Of a stretch of 64,000 nt of DNA, positions 10,800-19,349 are shown piece after piece (the first letter of the stretch is position 1; every line of letters begins with the position of its first letter). Both the position numbers and the translations under genes were made by a program. The notes under the pieces were generated by a model. It had not been told where the DNA came from. It saw nothing but the letters and a program-made list of their open reading frames with translations, and did not search any database. The DNA lies in the NCBI GenBank assembly GCA_963741075.1, contig CAVUGS010000019.1, forward strand, positions 157,313 to 221,312. Reading direction: 5' to 3'. This stretch comes from an uncultured Thermoleophilia bacterium. GTDB lineage: Bacteria; Actinomycetota; Thermoleophilia; UBA2241.

Positions 10800-10998
10800 G
10801 GCGGGACTCCGGGAGCGTCTCCCGGGCGCCCGCGGGGACGATGCATGCGCCGGTGACCGGCGGACGCGAAGGGGACGGGCGGCTCAGCCGCCCGTCCCCG
10901 CGTGTCCGCGCCGCCAGACAGACTCCGGCGAGCCTCCCCGGCCTCGCGCGCACGCGCGCGACGACGACAACCGACCACGCGACCTCCAAGGAGGCCAC

Positions 10999-11829
10999 AT
11001 GCCCAGACCGATCATCACCGCCGCCCTCACCGGCCCGGTAGCGACCAAGGCCGACAACGCCGGCATGCCCGGGAACGTGGCGGAGATCGCCGCCGACGCC
11101 AAGGCGTGCTACGAGGCCGGCGCGTCGGTCATCCACATCCACCTGCGCGACGAGCAGGGCGGCATGACGGCCGACCTCGACGTCGCCAGGCGCACCGTCG
11201 AGGCCGTCCGGGAGGTGTGCCCGGGCATCACCCAGCTGTCCACCGGCGGCCTGCAGTTCACCTACGAGCAGCGCATGGCGCTCGTGGAGGCCAGGCCGGC
11301 CATGGCCACGCTCAACCCCTGCACCATGACGTTCGGCACGGCCGAGTTCAAGAACCCGCCCAAGCAGATGATGGAGCTCGCGGCGCGGATGATCGAGCTG
11401 GGCGTCAAGCCGGAGGTCGAGATCTACGACACCGGGCATCTCGACATGATGCTCTACCTGGTGCACAAGGGGTTGCTGGTCGAGCCGCTGCAGGTCTCCT
11501 TCGTCATGGGCGTCCGCGGCGGCATGCGCGGCGATCCCCAGCTCCTCTCCTGGCTCGTCCGCGAGCTGCCCGCCGGCACCAGCTGGCAGGTCATCGCGGT
11601 CGCCAAGGCCAACCTGCCGATGACGACCATCGGCCTGGCCATGGGGGGGAACGCACGTACGGGTATGGAGGACACGCTCACGCTCAGCAAGGACGTGCCC
11701 GCCGAGTCCAACCTGCAGCTGGTCGAGCGCCTCGTCGGCATCGCCCACTCGATGCAGCTCGAGCCGGCGACCGTGCCCGAGGTGATCGAGCGGCTGAAGC
11801 TGCACCCGGAGCTCGTCAACGGTTCCTGA
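10999..11829 (+). CDS. Beta-keto acid cleavage enzyme (BKACE / DUF849, 3-keto-5-aminohexanoate cleavage enzyme family), intact
   Basis: The N-terminus MPRPIITAALTGPVATK..PGNVAEIAADAKACYEAGASVIHIHLRD is typical of BKACE. The ORF is a single 276 aa. Confidence 0.85.
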   Translation: MPRPIITAALTGPVATKADNAGMPGNVAEIAADAKACYEAGASVIHIHLRDEQGGMTADLDVARRTVEAVREVCPGITQLSTGGLQFTYEQRMALVEARPAMATLNPCTMTFGTAEFKNPPKQMMELAARMIELGVKPEVEIYDTGHLDMMLYLVHKGLLVEPLQVSFVMGVRGGMRGDPQLLSWLVRELPAGTSWQVIAVAKANLPMTTIGLAMGGNARTGMEDTLTLSKDVPAESNLQLVERLVGIAHSMQLEPATVPEVIERLKLHPELVNGS

Positions 11830-11860
11830 CGCCGCCGCTCGGGCCGGTCGGCGGACATGC

Positions 11861-11879
11861 CGGTCCGGTATCCGGACCG
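11861..11879. promoter_or_regulatory. Inverted repeat CGGTCCGG-TAT-CCGGACCG downstream of the BKACE gene
   Basis: Read directly. It has nearly the same arms as the repeat at 17112-17129. It could be an RNA hairpin or an operator. Confidence 0.3.
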
Positions 11880-11891
11880 CCCGTGCCCGCC

Positions 11892-11953
11892 TTGACACCA
11901 AACGGCCCGGCTATATGATGCCCGTATCGTGGGAGGGCACGTCCGTATGGTGG
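11892..11953 (+). promoter_or_regulatory. Candidate promoter TTGACA-N16-TATGAT followed by a tandem 11-mer operator (CCGTATCGTGG / CCGTATGGTGG, 21-nt period)
   Basis: ttgaca lies at 11892-11897 and tatgat at 11914-11919. The 11-mers lie at 11922-11932 and 11943-11953. Confidence 0.45.
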
Positions 11954-12136
11954 ATAACCATGGAGGTGGTAGCACACCAGTGACGAGTCGCTGACGGATC
12001 AGCTCACGGCTGCGGAAGCAGCGACACGAACAGCCGTTCGAGCAGATCCAGGACCAGAAGGCCATCGGGGGGGTCCCGTGCTGCCTGCGTCGCCTCTGGA
12101 GGGCGGCGGGGTGGAGGGACCACACAAGGAGGCGGT

Positions 12137-13544
12137 ATGAGTTCTGAGGAGAAGACCACCAAGGCCACGGAGTCTGTCGTGAGGACGCCGCTCACGCGTC
12201 GCGACTTTCTCAAGACGGCCGGCGTCACGGGCCTCGCCCTGGGCGCCACCGGCGGGCTCGGCGGCGTGCTCGCCGCCTGCGGCAGCAGCAGCGACGACAC
12301 GAGCGGCGGCGGCGGCTCGGGCGACGGCCGCGCCATCAAGGTCGGCTTCGTCAGCCCGCTCACCGGCCCGCTCGCCGCCGTTCGGCGAGACCGACCAGTG
12401 GCTGGTCGAGCAGTGGAACAAGGCGGTCGTCAAGGACGGCGTCAAGTGCGGCGACGGCCAGACCCACCCCATCGAGATCATCATCAAGGACTCGCAGTCG
12501 GACTCGAACCGCGCCGCCACCGTCGCCGGCGACCTCGTCACCAACGACGGCATCGACATCATGATGGTCGCCTCGCACGCCGGACACCGTCAGCCCCGTC
12601 GCCGACCAGGCCGAGGCGCTGCAGGTCCCGTGCGTCTCCAACGACTGCCCGTGGCAGCCGTACTTCTTCGGCCGCGGCGGCGACCCCGCCGTGGGCTTCA
12701 CGTGGACCTACCACGCCTTCTGGGGCCTCGAGGACGTCACCGCCGTGTTCACCGGCATGTGGGACCAGCTCAAGACCAACAAGAAGGTCGGCACGATGTG
12801 GCCGAACGACGCCGACGGCCTCGGCTGGGCCGACCCCAAGACCGGTCAGCCGCCGATGCTCAAGCAGGCCGGCTACACCGTGGTCGACGGCGGCCGCTTC
12901 CAGGACGGCACCGAGGACTACACGCCGCAGATCAGCAAGTTCAAGTCCGCCGACTGCGACATCCTCAGCGGCGTCTTCATCCCGCCGGACTTCGTGAACT
13001 TCTGGAAGCAGTCGTACCAGCAGGGCTTCCAGCCCGTGGCCGCCACCGTCGGCAAGGCGCTCCTCTTCCCGGCCGAGATGGAAGCCATCGGCGACATCGG
13101 CTACGGCCTCACCACCGAGTGCTGGTGGTCCCCGTGGCATCCGTTCAAGTCGTCGCTCACCGGCCAGATCGTGCCAGGAGCTCGCCGACCTGTGGACGAG
13201 CGAGAGCGGCAAGCAGTGGAACCAGACGCTGCTGCACTACGCCGTGTTCGAGGTCGTCGTCGACGCCCTCAAGCGCACCAGCAACGTCGACGACAAGCAG
13301 GTCATCCTCGACGCCATCAAGGCCACCGACCTGCAGACGATCCAGGGGCACATCACCTGGTCGGCCGGCGCTCCGCTGAACCCCGTGCCGAACGTCTGCC
13401 GCACCGTGCTCGTGGGCGGCATGTGGACGAAGGGTACCGACTACCCGTTCGACCTCCTGCTCGTCGACACGCGAGCACGCCAAGGAAGCACCGTTCAACG
13501 TCGACATCCCGACGAACGGCAAAGTCGAAGCCATCAAGTACTGA
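12137..13544 (+). CDS. ABC transporter substrate-binding lipoprotein (Liv-type), paralogue of 120-1514; at least 3 frame shifts
   Basis: The N-terminus has the Tat-like [10 protein letters not shown] and the lipobox LAACGS. Colinear fragments follow ([62 protein letters not shown]). TGA lies at 13542-13544. Confidence 0.8.
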
Positions 13545-13627
13545 GAAACCGTGCAGACTCCGACCAGAACGCCTGATGTGGTCCCTGCACACGAGGAGGT
13601 CGATGTGATGCGGGGCGGTGAGATCCC

Positions 13628-14353
13628 ATGACCGTGGTCCTCGAGACCACTGGTCTCATGAAGTCCTTCGGCGGCGTACAGGTCATCGACGACCTGAGCA
13701 TGCAGCTGAACGAGGGCGAAGCATTGGGCATCGTCGGGCCGAACGGCGCCGGCAAGACCACGTTGTTCAACCTGATCACCGGCGTGTATCGGCCCGACGC
13801 GGGTCGGGTCACGTTCGACGGCAAGGACATCACCGGTCTCCCGCGGCAGGATCGCTGCCGCGCGGGGATCGGCCGCACGTTCCAGATCCCCAAGCCGTTC
13901 TCCGACATGAGCGTGTTCGAGAACGTGCTCGTGTGCGCCGCCTACGGGCGCAACATGTCGGAGCGCGCGAGCTACGAGCGCTGCGTGCAGACGCTCGAGC
14001 TCACGCGGCTCTCCCCCAAGGCCAACCACCAGGCCGGGACGCTCCCGCTGCTCGACCGCAAGCGGCTCGAGCTCGCCCGCGCGCTCGCCGGCGACCCCAA
14101 GGTCCTGCTTCTGGACGAGATCGCCGGCGGGCTCACCGAGGGCGAGGTGGAGATCCTCATCGCCACCATCAAGGACCTCCACCGCGAGGGCATCTCGATC
14201 ATCTGGATCGAGCACATCGTCCACGCCCTGCTGGCGGTCGTGCAGCGCATCGTCGCCATCAGCTTCGGGCGCAACCTCATCGAGGGCGAGCCCAACGAGG
14301 TCATGTGCAGCGACGAGGTACAGGCCTGCTACATGGGGGGGACGCCGCTATGA
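13628..14353 (+). CDS. ABC transporter ATP-binding protein (LivG-like), intact
   Basis: Walker [10 protein letters not shown] and Walker [11 protein letters not shown] are present, in a 241-aa ORF. Confidence 0.9.
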   Translation: MTVVLETTGLMKSFGGVQVIDDLSMQLNEGEALGIVGPNGAGKTTLFNLITGVYRPDAGRVTFDGKDITGLPRQDRCRAGIGRTFQIPKPFSDMSVFENVLVCAAYGRNMSERASYERCVQTLELTRLSPKANHQAGTLPLLDRKRLELARALAGDPKVLLLDEIAGGLTEGEVEILIATIKDLHREGISIIWIEHIVHALLAVVQRIVAISFGRNLIEGEPNEVMCSDEVQACYMGGTPL

Positions 14354-15051
14354 GCGTCGTCCTCGAGCTCAAGGACGTCGACGTCTTCTACGGCGACTTC
14401 CAGGCGCTCTTCAAGGTCTCGTTCGAGGTCGAAGAGGGCATGACCTTCGCCTTCATCGGCGCCAACGGCGGCGGCAAGTCCACGCTGCTGCGCACCATCG
14501 CCGGCCTGCAGCGGCCCAAGTCGGGCCAGGTGCTGTTCCACGGCGAGCCGGTCGACCAGTTTCCCGCGCACACGCGCGTGGGCATGGGCATCGCGCTCGT
14601 CCCGGAGGGTCGCCGCGTGTTCCCCAGCCTCACCGTGCGCGAGAACCTCGTCATCGGCGCCTACGGCGGCCGCAAGGGCGACTGGAACATCGAGTCGGTC
14701 ATCGAGCTCTTCCCGCTGCTCAAGCCGCTCATGAAGCGGCAGGCCTCGAGCCTCTCCGGCGGCGAGCAGCAGGCGCTGGCCATCGGCCGCGCGCTCATGT
14801 CCAATCCCGAGCTCCTCCTGCTCGACGAGGTCTCTCTGGGCCTGGCGCCGGTGGTCATCAAGCGCATCTACGAGGCGATGGTGCTGCTGGTCGGCAGCGG
14901 CCACACCATCCTCGTGGTCGAGCAGGACGTGCAGCACGTGCTGACCGTCGCCGACTACGTCGCCTGTTTCCTGGAGGGCAAGATCTCGCTGGAGGGCAAG
15001 CCCAGCGATCTGAGCTCCGAAGCCATCACCGCCGCGTACTTCGGGATGTGA
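14350..15051 (+). CDS. ABC transporter ATP-binding protein (LivF-like), intact
   Basis: The ATG at 14350 overlaps the upstream stop as ATGA. Walker A GANGGGKST, signature LSGGEQQ and Walker B LLLDE are present. Confidence 0.9.
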   Translation: MSVVLELKDVDVFYGDFQALFKVSFEVEEGMTFAFIGANGGGKSTLLRTIAGLQRPKSGQVLFHGEPVDQFPAHTRVGMGIALVPEGRRVFPSLTVRENLVIGAYGGRKGDWNIESVIELFPLLKPLMKRQASSLSGGEQQALAIGRALMSNPELLLLDEVSLGLAPVVIKRIYEAMVLLVGSGHTILVVEQDVQHVLTVADYVACFLEGKISLEGKPSDLSSEAITAAYFGM

Positions 15052-15055
15052 CGCC

Positions 15056-15929
15056 ATGACCTGGGCCAATGTAGCAATCCAAGGGATCCTTCTGGGCGGG
15101 CTCTACGCCCTGTTCGCGACCGGCCTGGCTCTGGTGTTCGGAGTCATGCGCATGGTCAACCTGGCGCACGGCGACCTCGGCATCCTCGCCGCGTTCGTCG
15201 CGCTCTTCATCGTGCAGTCGTTCGGACTGCCCCTGCTCTGGGCGAGCGTGGTCACGATCGTCATCATGTTCCTCGTCGGCTACGTGCTGCAGCGCGGGCT
15301 GCTGAACCACACGCTGGGCGCCGGACGACACGCGGCCGATCGTGGTCACCTTCGGCCTGTCGATCATCATCCAGAACGGGCTGATCATGTGGTTCTCGGC
15401 CGACTCGCAGGGCCTGGACGCCGGCAAGATCGAGAACATCAGCGTCAAGGTCTCCGAGCAGCTCTCGATCGGCTGGTACCCGCTCATCGTGTTCCTCATC
15501 GCCGTCGCGGTCATCGCCGCCCTGGAGCTGTTCCTCGCCCGCTTCAAGCTGGGCAGGGCGTTCCGCGCCACGTCGGACGACCGTGAGGCCGCCGAGCTCA
15601 TGGGCATCAACAACAAGCACATCTACGCGCTGGCCATGGCCATCGCGCTCGCCATCGTCGCGGTCGCCGGCGTGCTGCTGGCCATCCGCACGACGTTCGA
15701 CCCGACGCAGGGCTCGTTCCGCCTCATCTACGCGTTCGAGGCGGTCATCATGGGCGGCATGGGCTCCATGTGGGGCACGCTGCTCGGCGGCATCGTCCTC
15801 GGCGTCTCCCAGACCATCGGCACCCAGGCGTTCGGCGCCGGGTGGGGGCTCGTGGTCGGCCACCTGGTCTTCCTCACGGTCCTCGCCGTCCGCCCGAGCG
15901 GCTTCTTCGCGAAGACGGTGACGGCATGA
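15056..15929 (+). CDS. Branched-chain-amino-acid-type ABC permease (LivH-like), 1 frame shift near 15335
   Basis: ORFs 15056-15586 and 15342-15929 give a continuous hydrophobic protein (LAHGDLGILAAF, FGLSIIIQNG, AVIMGGMGSMWGTLLGG). Confidence 0.85.
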
Positions 15930-17017
15930 GCACTCCCGACGTGACTACTGCGGCCGAGGCCACTCCGGCCTTCCGCGTCGCGCGCTCGACGCGCATGCAC
16001 AAGTACGTGCTCGTCGTCAGCGTGATCGTCGTCGCCGTGCTGGCCAGCGTCCCGATGTGGGCGGAGGTCAGCGTCATGCGCAACATGGTGACGTTCTTCA
16101 CGCTGCTGGCTCTCGCCCAGATGTGGAACCTGCTGGGCGGCTACGCCGGCCTCATCTCCGTCGGCCAGCAGGCCTACATCGGCCTCGGCGCCTACGGGCT
16201 CTGGCTGCTCGGCGACGTCATCGGGCTGCACCCGTTCATCGCCGTGTTCGCCGCCGGCCTGCTCGCGGTGGTCGTCGCCCTGCCGGTGGCGCCGCTGATC
16301 TTCCGCCTGCGCGGCGGCTACTTCGCCATCGGCACGTGGGTCGTGGCCGAGGTCGTGCGGCTCATCGTCTCCAACATCCAGGCGACGGGCGGCGGCTCCG
16401 GCAAGACCGTCCTCTCCGCCGCCCGGCTCCCGATCGACACGCGCATCTCCGGCACCTACCTGCTGGCGCTGTTCGTGGCCGTCGGGTCGATCCTGCTCGT
16501 CTACTTCCTGCTGCGCTCGCGTCTCGGCCTCGCCCTCACGGCGATCCGCGACAACGACCTCGCGGCGCAGAGCTCGGGCGTCAACGTGTTCCGCTCCAAG
16601 CTCTTCGTGTACGTCATCGCCGCGTTCGGCTGCGGCGTCGTCGGCGCCGTCGTCGCCATGAACCTGCTGCGCATCCAGCCGACGGCGGCGTTCACCGTCA
16701 ACTGGACGGCGTACATGATGTTCATCGTCGTGATCGGCGGCTTCGGCACCATCGAGGGCCCGATCATCGGCGCGGTCATCTACTTCGCGCTGCTGCAGAG
16801 CCTCAGCCAGTACGGCACGCTGTACATGCTGCTGCTCGGCGTGGTCGCGGTCATCATGGTGACGCTGGCGCCCAAGGGCATCTGGGGCTACGTCGCGAAG
16901 CGCTGGAACCTGCACCTGTTCCCGGTCAGGCGACGGCTCGTGATGGACGCGCTGCCGCCCGAAGAAGACCTGAAGCCGGCCGAGAAGCCGGACGCCGCGG
17001 TGGCGGAGTCCGTCTGA
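15926..17017 (+). CDS. Branched-chain-amino-acid-type ABC permease (LivM-like), intact
   Basis: The ATG at 15926 overlaps the LivH-like stop as ATGA. The product is a multi-TM protein with LAQMWNLLGGYAGLISVGQQAY and GGFGTIEGPIIGA. Confidence 0.85.
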   Translation: MSTPDVTTAAEATPAFRVARSTRMHKYVLVVSVIVVAVLASVPMWAEVSVMRNMVTFFTLLALAQMWNLLGGYAGLISVGQQAYIGLGAYGLWLLGDVIGLHPFIAVFAAGLLAVVVALPVAPLIFRLRGGYFAIGTWVVAEVVRLIVSNIQATGGGSGKTVLSAARLPIDTRISGTYLLALFVAVGSILLVYFLLRSRLGLALTAIRDNDLAAQSSGVNVFRSKLFVYVIAAFGCGVVGAVVAMNLLRIQPTAAFTVNWTAYMMFIVVIGGFGTIEGPIIGAVIYFALLQSLSQYGTLYMLLLGVVAVIMVTLAPKGIWGYVAKRWNLHLFPVRRRLVMDALPPEEDLKPAEKPDAAVAESV

Positions 17018-17037
17018 GGCCGACCAAGCAGCGGGAC

Positions 17038-17069
17038 GCGCCGGGGGCCTCGCAGATGGCCCCCGGCGC
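17038..17069 (+). terminator. Perfect 12-bp GC hairpin after the permease gene (no T tail)
   Basis: gcgccgggggcc (17038-17049) pairs with ggcccccggcgc (17058-17069). Confidence 0.35.
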
Positions 17070-17111
17070 GGGACCCGATGGATGCTCGCCGCGCGAGCGG
17101 CGAGTCACGAT

Positions 17112-17129
17112 GCGGTCCGTCCGGACCGC
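17112..17129. promoter_or_regulatory. Inverted repeat GCGGTCCG-TC-CGGACCGC upstream of the third IclR gene
   Basis: Read directly. It shares the CGGTCCG/CGGACCG arms with 11861-11879. Confidence 0.3.
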
Positions 17130-17191
17130 CTGATGCAACTGCTGGTCATCGCCCCGGGGCCGGGGCTCGGGGCCATGAGGATGGAGGGGAC

Positions 17192-17971
17192 GTGATCGAC
17201 ATCGATCGCGACGAGGAGAAGGAACAGCGTAACGGCGTCCAGGTGCTGGCGCGGGCGGCCACCATCCTGCGGCTGCTGGCGGCCGACTCCTCCGGCGGGC
17301 TGACGTTCAGCGAGCTGGTCACCCGCTCGGGACTGCCGCGGACCACGGTCCACCGCATCCGCGGCGCCCTCGAGCACGAGGACTTCATCTACACCGACAC
17401 CGCGACCGGGCGCCTGCACCTGGGCCCCGGCATCATGCGCCTGGCCATGTCCAAGCGGGACCTGCCGACGGTGGTCAGGCCGTACCTCGAGCAGCTCTCC
17501 CGTGAGCTCAACGAGACCGTCGACCTGGGCGTCCTGGACGGCATGCACGTGCTGTTCATCGCCCAGCACCCGGCGCCGCAGCGCTCGCTCATGGTGGTCT
17601 CGCAGGTCGGCGCCAGGTTCCCTGCGTTCTGCACCGCGAACGGCAAGGCGCTGCTCGCGCAGCTGCCGCCCGACGAGATGAAGCTGCGGCTGCCCAAGCG
17701 GCTGGAGATCCCGGCCAGGCACACGCTGGTCAACCGCAAGGACCTGCTGGCCGAGCTGGACAACGTCCGCGCCACCGGCCTGGCCTACGACCGCGAGGAG
17801 CATCACGCCGGCATCTGCGGCGTCGGCGTCGTGATCACCGACATCGACGGAAGCTCGGCGTCCATCTCCGTGCCCATGCCGGCGGCGCGCTTCCACGAAG
17901 ACCCGGACACCGTCACCGCGGCGCTCCTGCGCGTGCGCGACGAGATCCAGGTCGCCCTGCACAACGGCTGA
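17192..17971 (+). CDS. IclR-family transcriptional regulator (intact; start uncertain, the ORF opens at 17078)
   Basis: The protein has the HTH FSELVTRSGLPRTTVHRIRGALE and effector-domain motifs NETVDLGVLDG, GKALLAQLP and ATGLAYDREEHHAGICGVGV. It is closest to the regulator at 4924. Confidence 0.85.
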   Translation: MIDIDRDEEKEQRNGVQVLARAATILRLLAADSSGGLTFSELVTRSGLPRTTVHRIRGALEHEDFIYTDTATGRLHLGPGIMRLAMSKRDLPTVVRPYLEQLSRELNETVDLGVLDGMHVLFIAQHPAPQRSLMVVSQVGARFPAFCTANGKALLAQLPPDEMKLRLPKRLEIPARHTLVNRKDLLAELDNVRATGLAYDREEHHAGICGVGVVITDIDGSSASISVPMPAARFHEDPDTVTAALLRVRDEIQVALHNG

Positions 17972-17975
17972 CGCC

Positions 17976-18574
17976 GTGGGGACGCGGTCGCAGCCACCGG
18001 CGCGCTCTGACGGCCCTTCCGTCGTCGCCGTCGTCGGCAGCCCGCGCCGCGGCAACACGGCGACGCTCGTGGCCGCGGCGCTGGCGGAGCTCGAGTCCCG
18101 CGGCGCGGCCTGCGAGACCATCGTGCTCAGCGACCTCACGATCGCGCCCGTGCCTCGCGCACGACGGCTGCGGCGAGCTTCGCCTTGTGCCCCCTGCGCG
18201 ACGACGCGGCGGCGGTGCTGGAGCGCGTGTACGCCGCCGACTGCCTCATCCTCGGCAGTCCGGTCTACTACGAGAACGTCTCCGCGCAGATGAAGGCGTT
18301 CATGGACCGCAACGTCTTCCGCTACGCCCACGACGAGTGGCTGCGGGCCAGGGCGGTCGGGCTGGTCGCCGTCACCGCCGAGACCGGTCTGCAGGAGACG
18401 CTCGACGCGCTGCGCCGCTACGTCGCCCTCTCCACGGACGGCGACCCGCCAGTGTTCACGTGCGGCGGGTACGCCGACGAGGCGGGCGCGGCGGCCGCCG
18501 ACGAGGCGCTGCTCGCCGAGGCCCGGCGTCTCGGCGCCGAGCTCGCCGACGCGCTGGGCCTCAGCCCGGCCTGA
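17976..18574 (+). CDS. NADPH-dependent FMN reductase / flavodoxin-like flavoprotein, 1 frame shift near 18170
   Basis: VAVVGSPRRGNT and LILGSPVYYENVSAQMKAFMDR are typical of the FMN_red family. ORFs 17976-18293 and 18185-18574 join colinearly. Confidence 0.6.
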
Positions 18575-19177
18575 TCACGCGCCGCTCGGTGACGATGGCG
18601 GTCACCGGCAGGTCGTGCGGCTCGCAGCAGATGCCGGGCACGAGCTGCGCCTCGAAGGCCAGCGCGACCCAGGGCGTGCCCGGCCGCGTGCGCGGCAGGT
18701 AGTTGTCGTAGAAGCCGCCGCCGTAGCCGCAGCGGCGGCCGTCCTCGTCGAACGCCGAGCCGGGGACGAACACGAGGTCGATCGCCTCCGGCGGCACCTC
18801 GGGCAGCTCCTCGCGCGGCTCGGGGATGTCCCACTTGCCCGGCACGAGGTCGGCGGCGAGGTCGGTGACGCGGTAGGCCGCCATGCGCCGGGGGCCGAGC
18901 ACCCGGGGCAGGCAGAGCGTCTTGCCGGCGCGCAGCACCCACTCGGCGATCGGCAGCGGTGTCGAGCTCGGTGCGGAACGAGGCGAAGAGCATGACCGTG
19001 CCGGCGGCGTGCGAGCTCGGGGAGCTCCAGGGCGCGGGCGCAGACGGCCTGGGCCAGCCGCTCCCGCTCGGCCTCGGACAGGGCCGCGCGGGCCTCGAGC
19101 GCGCAGCTGCGGGCCTCGTGCTTGTCGAGGCCCTCAGTGGACCCTCCGGGCTCGCTTCTGGCCTCTTCCGGGCTCAT
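18561..19177 (-). CDS. 5-formyltetrahydrofolate cyclo-ligase (MTHFS), 2 frame shifts
   Basis: The C-terminal half reads [29 protein letters not shown] ... [14 protein letters not shown], the classic 5-FCL signature. The N-terminus lies in ORF 18602-19177. Confidence 0.75.
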
Positions 19178-19349
19178 CTCCGCTCCCTTACGTACACTGT
19201 GCTGGCAACGCTTGGGGCTCGCCTGTGGACTGGGCGGCGGCCCCGTCGCCTATAGTATAGGCAGAGCCGCCTTGCGGGCATGCGGGCGGCTCGACGGAGG
19301 GGAGTGCGGCCGCCTCGGGTGTCGTGACCCGAGGCAGGCCGCCGAGAGG

